From positions 123,133 through 187,132 of the forward strand of contig JBBIJY010000002.1 in NCBI GenBank assembly GCA_037445735.1: a stretch of 64,000 bases of DNA. Reading direction: 5' to 3'. The notes under the pieces are model-generated. The model did not search any database and was not told the origin of the DNA. It saw nothing but the letters and a program-made list of their open reading frames with translations. Origin of the DNA: Armatimonadota bacterium. Lineage in GTDB: Bacteria > Armatimonadota > Fimbriimonadia > Fimbriimonadales > GBS-DC. This document shows positions 57,476-64,000 of the stretch, piece by piece. A program made the position numbers and the translations under genes. Every line of letters starts with the position of its first letter. Positions within the stretch are counted from its first letter, which is position 1.

Positions 57476-59404
57476 TCAGCGGTTGAGCAGGGTGCCCACA
57501 TAGCGCAGCGCTTCGTTCGCGCAGATGGGGCAGTAGCCACCCTGCGAGACCATGCGGTCGACCACCTCGTTGATTTTACGCAGCTGGTCGGGGTCGGGCG
57601 TGCGGGCAGAGGTGGTGATTTTGACCACATCTTTGAGGTCGGCAAACAGTTTGCGCTCGATGGCTTCGCGCAGGCGTTCGTCGCTGCCGATCTCGAAGCG
57701 CAGCCCGCGCCGTGCCAGCGACGCCACAGAGCGCATGATGCCCTCACGGAACTCCCGCTTGGCGTTCTCGGACACTCCGATCTGCTCCTCGATGCTGCGC
57801 ATCAGCTTCTCGTCGGGGTCCATCTCCTCGCCCGTGATGGGGTCGCGCACTTTGGTCTTGTTGCAGTAGGCGTCCACATTATCGAGGTAGTTCTCCAGCA
57901 GGGTGTGCGCGGCTTCCTCATAGCTGTAGACGAAGAAGCGCTGCACCTCCTTTTTGATCTGCTCGTCGTATTCCTTGCGCACATCGTCCAGGAAGGTAAG
58001 CAGCTTCTTGCGCTCTTCCTCGTTGCTGGTGTACTCGGTCAATCCGTCGCGGATGGAGCGCAGGATATCGATGGGCGTGATGCAGGGGCGCCCTTTGACC
58101 ATCGCGGCGGAGAGGCGATTGATGATGAATCGGGGCGAGACGCCCGTCATGCCCTCATCGGGGTACTCCTCGCGCAGCTCCTTCACATGGCGCTGGTCCC
58201 AATCGCCGACCTGGCGCTCGCCGTCGTAGAGTTTCATCTTGGTCATCAGTGACAGTCCGCTCTTTTTGGGCGGCTTCAGACGGCTCAACACCGCGAACAT
58301 CGCCGCCACACGCAACGAATGCGGCGCGATATGCACCTTCGACAGGTCCTGGGTCTCGTCGCTGAACTGGGACTGCCGGATGAGTTTCTCGTAGATACGA
58401 ACCTCCTGGGAGACCTGCAGGTTATAGGGCACTTTGACCACGAACATGCGGTCGATCATTGCCTCGTTCTCTTTGTTGGAGAAGTAGGCGTTGTATTCAT
58501 ACTCGTTGGTGTGCGCGACGACGACCACATCGGTGTAGATCATGGCGAACCGCCCGATTTTGATCATCTGCTCGCCGGCGACGGTGTTGAGTTCGTACAG
58601 GAACCGTTTGTCCGCCTTGAGCATTTCGATGAACTCCATGATGCCGCGGTTCGCCTTGTTCAGTTCGCCATCGAAGTTATAGACGCGCGGGTCCGATTCG
58701 ACGCCGATCTGGGTGAGCAGGCTCAGGTTCACGCTGCCGGTGAGTTCCGATACATCCTGCGACTTGGGGTCGGAGGGCTTGAAGGTGCCGATGCCAACGC
58801 GCTCGCGCTCGGAGAATCGGATGCGCACGACGGGCACATCCTGAATGTTCTCGCCCCATTCGTGTTTGAGTTTCCACTGGCACACGGGGCAGAGGTCGCC
58901 TTCGATATGCACGCCGAACTGGCGCTTGAAGTCGGCACGCAGCTCTTCGGGCACGAGGTGGAGCGGCTCCTCATGCATGGGGCAGTCCTTGATGGCGTAC
59001 ACGGCGCCCTCGTCGGTGCGCGAATAGCGTTCCAGCCCGCGCTTGAGCATCGTCACCAGCGTCGATTTGCCGCCGCCGACGGGACCCACCAGCAGCAGGA
59101 TGCGCTTGCGCACATCGAGTCGGCGTGCGGCGGGCGCGAAATACTCCTCCACCAGTTGCTGGAGTGTGCGGTCGAGCCCGAACAGCTCGCTGGTGAAGAA
59201 TTTGTACTCTTTGGGTTGTCCTTCACCACGCTCTTCGACGCCAGCGCTGATAATCATGTCGTAGATACGCGCGTGCGCCAGATTGGCGACTTTCGGGTTG
59301 CGCTGGACAATCTCCAGATAGTCCCGAAAAGTGCCTTCCCAGCTGATCTGTTTTTCCAGCCGTCGCTGTTCCTCGATCTGGCGCAGGAAGTCCGCTGCGC
59401 TCAT
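57476..59404 (-). CDS. prkA: PrkA/YeaG-family AAA+ serine kinase
   Basis: LLVGPVGGGKS, CPMHEEPL, SQDVSELTG, GELNKANRG..EFIEMLK, HTNE and GVSPR. Confidence 0.93.
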   Translation of the reverse strand: MSAADFLRQIEEQRRLEKQISWEGTFRDYLEIVQRNPKVANLAHARIYDMIISAGVEERGEGQPKEYKFFTSELFGLDRTLQQLVEEYFAPAARRLDVRKRILLLVGPVGGGKSTLVTMLKRGLERYSRTDEGAVYAIKDCPMHEEPLHLVPEELRADFKRQFGVHIEGDLCPVCQWKLKHEWGENIQDVPVVRIRFSERERVGIGTFKPSDPKSQDVSELTGSVNLSLLTQIGVESDPRVYNFDGELNKANRGIMEFIEMLKADKRFLYELNTVAGEQMIKIGRFAMIYTDVVVVAHTNEYEYNAYFSNKENEAMIDRMFVVKVPYNLQVSQEVRIYEKLIRQSQFSDETQDLSKVHIAPHSLRVAAMFAVLSRLKPPKKSGLSLMTKMKLYDGERQVGDWDQRHVKELREEYPDEGMTGVSPRFIINRLSAAMVKGRPCITPIDILRSIRDGLTEYTSNEEERKKLLTFLDDVRKEYDEQIKKEVQRFFVYSYEEAAHTLLENYLDNVDAYCNKTKVRDPITGEEMDPDEKLMRSIEEQIGVSENAKREFREGIMRSVASLARRGLRFEIGSDERLREAIERKLFADLKDVVKITTSARTPDPDQLRKINEVVDRMVSQGGYCPICANEALRYVGTLLNR

Positions 59405-59422
59405 TGTTCATAACCCCCTTGT

Positions 59423-59766
59423 GTGTGGCGTCGGGTGAAACAGGGTTCACCGTCCACCACTCGTTCACGACGATCAGGCAGGATGGGTCCTTGAAGCCAT
59501 CTCCCGATGGCAGTTGCCTCTGCCTGGTTCCCCATTCCAGAAGGGCGGTGCGTGCCAGCCCTGTCAACAGAACCCTCTCCCATTATCGGTTCGACGGAAC
59601 TGCCTTTGGATGGGGTTCCAGTGCGATTCCGTGGGAAATATTCCACAGGCACGCCCGAAACTGCAACGCTGTTCGGAGCGCCTGTGCACTGCCAGTGGAG
59701 ACCGCTTCGTTGCCACACCCGATTGTCAATGTACCCGAAGGCATCTGCCGCTGTTTCGATGCCTTC
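59423..59766 (-). ncRNA. Candidate structured leader/ncRNA upstream of prkA (family not recognised)
   Basis: Nested stems closed by GTGTGGC/GCCACAC, a GGGA tetraloop on the minus strand, and TATAAT at 59790-59785. Confidence 0.5.
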
Positions 59767-59891
59767 TCACCTGCCTGCTGCTATATTATACTACGGATTC
59801 ACCGCCAATCGGGTTTCGGAAGGGCGTCTCGTCCATCAAGACGCCTGCCGCTGATTAAAGTTCGTCGGCGCGTCGGGCGATTCCTGCCGTT

Positions 59892-61550
59892 TCAGTGGCG
59901 GCGGCGCAGGATGGAGATAAGCAGCCACACGCCGAGCAGGGTCGCCCCCAGAAAGCCGAGGAAGGTGAGCGCGGGCGCGAACGGGATTTCGCGGGTGGCG
60001 GGCAACAGCAGCGCCAGCCCCACAATAAACGCCGCCACCAGAATACTGAGCGACAGGCGCGTGATCATCGCGTCGAGCCGATCGAGCGTTTCGGGCGACG
60101 CGCCAATCTGCGCTTCCACCGGCACCTTGCCCCGCTCCACACCCTGCAACCACTGCATCACCAGCACGGGCAACTCGCGCATCAGGTAGCGCCAGGTATC
60201 CACCTGCTCCAGCAGGTCGCGCGTGGACAGGTGCGGACGCCACACCTGCTTCGCCAGCTGCCGCACGAACGGCTCCGAGACCGCAAACAGGTCATAATCG
60301 GGGTCCAGCTGGCGCCCGATGCCCTCCAGCATCGCCAGCGTCTTGCCCACCAGCCACAGGTTGGTCGGCAACCGCACATGGTGCTGGCGCATCAGCTCGG
60401 TCAGATCGCTCCAGAACTCGGCGAAGGAGCTTTCCTTGAGCGTGCGCCCGCGATATTTGCCGATGAGCCGTTCAGTGGCGCGGATCAGGCGCGGGCGATC
60501 GGTGCGCGAGGAGAGCGCGCCCATCCGCGCAAACACATTCAATATCGAGTGGGTATCCTGCCGAATCACCGCCACATAGAGGCGGGTGAGATTGATGCGG
60601 TCGTCCTCGCTGAGCGTGCCCACCATACCGAAATCCAGCACGCCGATGCGCCCGTCCGCCTCCACCAGATAGTTGCCCGGGTGGGGGTCTGCATGGAAGA
60701 AGCCGTCTTCCAGCACCTCTTTGATGATGAGGCGCGAGGCGTCGAGCGCGATCTGGCGCGTGTCGTGCCCCGCCGCGCGCAACGCCTCCACCTCGTCCAC
60801 CTTGATGCCGTGAACCCGCTCCATCACCAGCATGCGTGGCGTGGTGTAATCCCAGTAGATGCGCGGGATATGCACCTTCGGCTCGTCGGCGAAGTTCTGG
60901 CGGAACTGCTCGGCGTTGCGCCCCTCCCGCCGAAAATCGAGCTCGTTCAGCAGCATAAAAGCGATATCTTCAGCGACCGCTTCCGCGTCATACAGCTCGC
61001 CCATCGGCGTGCGCTGCGCCAGCGCTGCCAGATCGTGCAGAATCTCCAGGTCGGTCTCCACGATGTCACGGATGCCGGGGCGCTGCACCTTGATGGCGAC
61101 CGCCGTGCCGTCGGGCAGTGTCGCTGCATGCACCTGCGAGAGCGAGGCGGAGCCGATGGGGTTCGGGTCCAGGTTCTGGAACACCGCTTCGGGTGGACAC
61201 CCCAGCTCCTGCTCCATCACGGCGCGAATCTCGGACCATGGCGTGGGTGGCACACTGTCCTGCAGCTTGCGCAACTCCTCAATAAACGGCTCCGGCAGCA
61301 GATCGGAGCGCGTGGAGAGCATCTGCCCCAGCTTGACGAAGGTGGGACCCAGCTCTTCGATGGCGAGGCGCAGATGCTCGGCAGGGGAGTGGAGCGGCTC
61401 TATGTCGGGCTGGAGTTCGGCGCGAGGGAGCGCGAGCCGCCGATGCACGCTCAAATACTCCAGCGCGGAGCCGAACCCGTGTCGCGCCAGCACACCCACC
61501 ACCTGACGGTAGCGTTGCAGGCTCCGCACACGCCGCGCTAAGAGACGCAT
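59892..61550 (-). CDS. AarF/ABC1/UbiB-family kinase
   Basis: LGPTFVKLGQ.LSTR.DL, SASLSQVH.A, VAIKVQRP, FFHADPHPGN and LDFGMVG. Confidence 0.92.
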   Translation of the reverse strand: MRLLARRVRSLQRYRQVVGVLARHGFGSALEYLSVHRRLALPRAELQPDIEPLHSPAEHLRLAIEELGPTFVKLGQMLSTRSDLLPEPFIEELRKLQDSVPPTPWSEIRAVMEQELGCPPEAVFQNLDPNPIGSASLSQVHAATLPDGTAVAIKVQRPGIRDIVETDLEILHDLAALAQRTPMGELYDAEAVAEDIAFMLLNELDFRREGRNAEQFRQNFADEPKVHIPRIYWDYTTPRMLVMERVHGIKVDEVEALRAAGHDTRQIALDASRLIIKEVLEDGFFHADPHPGNYLVEADGRIGVLDFGMVGTLSEDDRINLTRLYVAVIRQDTHSILNVFARMGALSSRTDRPRLIRATERLIGKYRGRTLKESSFAEFWSDLTELMRQHHVRLPTNLWLVGKTLAMLEGIGRQLDPDYDLFAVSEPFVRQLAKQVWRPHLSTRDLLEQVDTWRYLMRELPVLVMQWLQGVERGKVPVEAQIGASPETLDRLDAMITRLSLSILVAAFIVGLALLLPATREIPFAPALTFLGFLGATLLGVWLLISILRRRH

Positions 61551-61563
61551 GGATGTTCAGAAC

Positions 61564-61875
61564 CTATTGCTGATTCTCCAACCGCTGCAGGATGGCGTCC
61601 AGTCGCCTCTCGATGGCTTGCAGGTCGTCGCGCGTGGGCAGATTGAGCGCCTTCAGCGCGTCCTCCACCTCGGTGCGCACCAGCTTGCGCAGGGCGTCGC
61701 GCTGTTGTTCGCCTCGCTTGACCAGCTTCTCCACCAGCTCGGACGCCTCCTCGCGCTGCGCCTGACCGCGCTTGATCATGTCGTCCACCATCTTCTGCGC
61801 GGTTTCACGGGTGAGCGCGACCGCGCCCAGCCCCATCAACACGCTCTGCTCCAGCAGGTCTTTCAAAGTCGCCAT
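61564..61875 (-). CDS. Phasin-family protein
   Basis: LMGLGAVALTRE..DDMIKRG..LPTRDDL..IERRL; commonly upstream of ABC1 kinases. Confidence 0.75.
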   Translation of the reverse strand: MATLKDLLEQSVLMGLGAVALTRETAQKMVDDMIKRGQAQREEASELVEKLVKRGEQQRDALRKLVRTEVEDALKALNLPTRDDLQAIERRLDAILQRLENQQ

Positions 61876-61973
61876 AGGTGCCTCCCTCCTGTCGGCAGGC
61901 GAGCCGTTTTATAAGAAATTGCTCGCCGCGTCGCTTATAGGATACCCCCTGGCGGGGGTATACTTCGGGCGCG

Positions 61974-63062
61974 ATGGAGAGAGCGCTGATCACAGGCGGT
62001 GCGGGCTTTTTAGGCTATCACCTCTCGCACCATCTGAGCGATAAAGGGGTGCAGATTGCTCTGTTCGATATCGCACCCTATGACGAGTCGGAATATCCGC
62101 CGGGCACCCAGTTTTATCGGGGCGATGTGCGCGATCGGGAAGCGGTCCGGCAGGTGCTGGAGCAGGTGCGCCCGCGCTGGGTCATTCATGGCGCCGCTGC
62201 GCTCCCCCTCTGGAAACGGCAGGACATCTTCAGCACGAATGTGGACGGCACCCGCACCGTGCTGGAGGAGGCGTTCCGCGCGGGCGCCGAGCGTGTCGCC
62301 TTCGTTTCGTCCACCGCCGTGTACGGCGTGCCGCGCAAGCACCCGATCGAGGAAGATGACCCGCTGGTCGGTGTCGGTCCCTACGGCGAGAGCAAGATTC
62401 TTGCCGAGCGTGTGTGCCTGGAGTTCCGCGAGAAGGGGCATATCGTGCCCATCATTCGCCCCAAGACCTTCATCGGACCCGCGCGGCTGGGCGTGTTCCA
62501 GATTCTGTACGACTGGGTGGAGTCGGGAGCGCGCATCCCGATGATTGGCAGCGGGCGCAACCGCTACCAGCTGCTGGAGGTGTCCGACCTGTGTGAAGCG
62601 TTCTGGCTCGTCTGCACGGTCGATGCAGCGCAGGCGAACGACACCTTCAACATCGGTGCGGAGCGGTTCCAGACCGTGCGCGAAGATTTGCAGGCGCTCT
62701 GCGACTTCGCGGGTTCGGGCGCGCGACCGATGGGCACGCCCGCGTCGCTGGTGAAGCTCATCCTGCGCATTCTGGAGTGGCTGCGCCTCTCGCCCCTGTA
62801 TAAGTGGGTCTACGAGACCGCCGACAAAGATTCGTTCGTGTCGGTGGCGCGGGCGAAGGCGAAGCTGGGCTGGGGCGCACGCTACAGCAACGCCGAAGCG
62901 CTCATCCGTTCCTATCAGTGGTATCTGGAGCATGCGAGCGGGCTGGAGGTTGGCACGGGCGTGACGCATCGCGTGGCGTGGGAGCAGGGCGCGCTCAAGC
63001 TGTTCAAGTGGCTTCTGGGCGGGCGGAAGAAACGCGCCCCGCGGGCGACCGCACGCCCCTGA
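61974..63062 (+). CDS. NAD-dependent epimerase/dehydratase (extended SDR)
   Basis: ITGGAGFLG, HGAA, SSTAVYG and YGESK. Confidence 0.9.
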   Translation: MERALITGGAGFLGYHLSHHLSDKGVQIALFDIAPYDESEYPPGTQFYRGDVRDREAVRQVLEQVRPRWVIHGAAALPLWKRQDIFSTNVDGTRTVLEEAFRAGAERVAFVSSTAVYGVPRKHPIEEDDPLVGVGPYGESKILAERVCLEFREKGHIVPIIRPKTFIGPARLGVFQILYDWVESGARIPMIGSGRNRYQLLEVSDLCEAFWLVCTVDAAQANDTFNIGAERFQTVREDLQALCDFAGSGARPMGTPASLVKLILRILEWLRLSPLYKWVYETADKDSFVSVARAKAKLGWGARYSNAEALIRSYQWYLEHASGLEVGTGVTHRVAWEQGALKLFKWLLGGRKKRAPRATARP

Positions 63063-64000
63063 GCCAGCCCAATAGCACCAGCACCACGCTCACAGGCACG
63101 ATCCAGTCGCCCCAGCGCTCATAGAGTGTCGGCACGCTCAACAGCGGCACCGTGTGGGTGGCGACCGCTTCGCGAAACGCGGGCAGGCGCTGAACCCTGC
63201 CCGATGGCGCAATCACCGCGCTCACCGCCTGCGGCGCACTGCGCACCACGAACCGCCGTGTCTCCACCGCCCGCAGCACACTGTACGCCAGATGCTGCTC
63301 CAGCGCCGCCGTGCGCCCAAACCACGACTCGTTGGATAACACCACGATCAGATTCGCGCCGTGGCGCGTCATCATGCGGGCAATCCACGGATAGGTCGAC
63401 TCCATGCAGATGACCGCGCCGATGCGCAGCGGTTCCATCCGAATCGGCTCCAGCGAGCTGCCAGGTATTAAATCGCGCTCCACCACGCCGAACGCATCCA
63501 GAAAGGGTAATTGCTCGCGGAAGGGCACACGCTCGCCCAGCGGCACGAGCTGCACCTTATCGTGATAGCGCCATGTGCCGTCGGGCAGGAACAGGTGCGT
63601 TGTGTTCGCGTACTGGCGCGTGATGGGGTCGGCGATCCGATAGCCGCCCACCAGAATGGGCGTTTGCGTCTGCCCCGCAAGCTGGCGCCAGAACTCGAAC
63701 GCCCACTCCACCTCAGGCATCGGGTACGGCTCCACCGATTCGGGCAGGATGATGAGCTGCGGGCGGTCGCGGGCTGCCTGCCGAACCAGCTCCGCGAGCC
63801 GTGCACGAACGGGCGCCCATTCGCGGGGCGTGTAGGTGCGCGTCAGGTCAAGATTCGGCTGAATGATGGTGAACCTGAACGCCTCTCCCTGGAGGGCAGG
63901 CGCGGACCACTGCACCCACCGCCAGATGCCATAGCCCAGCCAGATCAGCAGGGTAAGCGCCAGCGCAACGAGCAGGTATTTTGCCCCCTCACCCCTACCC
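63004..64000 (-). CDS. lnt: Apolipoprotein N-acyltransferase, partial (continues beyond right edge)
   Basis: IQPN, ILPES, K..LVPLGE.VP, ICMES, SNESWF and RAVETRR; frame is open to the window end. Confidence 0.9.
   Translation of the reverse strand, partial: GRGEGAKYLLVALALTLLIWLGYGIWRWVQWSAPALQGEAFRFTIIQPNLDLTRTYTPREWAPVRARLAELVRQAARDRPQLIILPESVEPYPMPEVEWAFEFWRQLAGQTQTPILVGGYRIADPITRQYANTTHLFLPDGTWRYHDKVQLVPLGERVPFREQLPFLDAFGVVERDLIPGSSLEPIRMEPLRIGAVICMESTYPWIARMMTRHGANLIVVLSNESWFGRTAALEQHLAYSVLRAVETRRFVVRSAPQAVSAVIAPSGRVQRLPAFREAVATHTVPLLSVPTLYERWGDWIVPVSVVLVLLGWLRGVRSPAGRVSSARPEAT

Noticed and set aside
59405-59790. RNase P, tmRNA, SRP RNA or cobalamin riboswitch
   Set aside because: ACAGAACCC occurs, but GAGGAAAGTCC, the tmRNA tRNA-like ends, the SRP CAGG..GGAA..AGCAG core and the ordered B12 elements were not found by eye.
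59401-60189. Track ORFs overlapping the prkA leader (105, 261, 115 and 114 aa)
   Set aside because: No recognisable motifs and atypical composition; better explained as structured non-coding sequence, though a leader peptide is not excluded.

Overview
GC-rich bacterial chromosome segment. It is probably Armatimonadota/Fimbriimonadia-like; this is an inference from the DUF1559-type pilin and the C-terminal 'GDxxxxGCVDDADLLIVLFNYG' dockerin-like motifs. Contents from left to right: (1) a minus-strand type IV pilin/pseudopilin operon with unusually large PilV/PilW/PilX-like proteins and a >1258-aa beta-propeller ORF that the ORF track missed; (2) queG, a ceramidase-like gene, tRNA-Ser(GCT) and two paralogous variable-length coiled-coil/nuclease-like genes; (3) a Hen1-Pnkp RNA repair pair and two PIN-type toxin-antitoxin modules, one bracketed by identical 47-bp REP-like repeats; (4) housekeeping genes prmC, E2, gap, dapF, dnaN, pckA, acyP, trpF, fliQR and serA; (5) ispG interrupted by a 268-aa intein at an Fe-S ligand cysteine; (6) a WD40/dockerin gene split by one in-frame TAA; (7) a decapitated type III-A CRISPR-Cas remnant (csm4 fragment, csm5, csx1, HEPN fragment, csx15) with no array; (8) prkA preceded by a ~370-nt, strongly structured non-coding leader; (9) an ABC1 kinase/phasin pair, an epimerase and a partial lnt. 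The best novelty candidates are the ispG intein, the prkA leader RNA, the giant-pilin operon and REP-associated rearrangements. All product names come from motif recognition; no database search was run.
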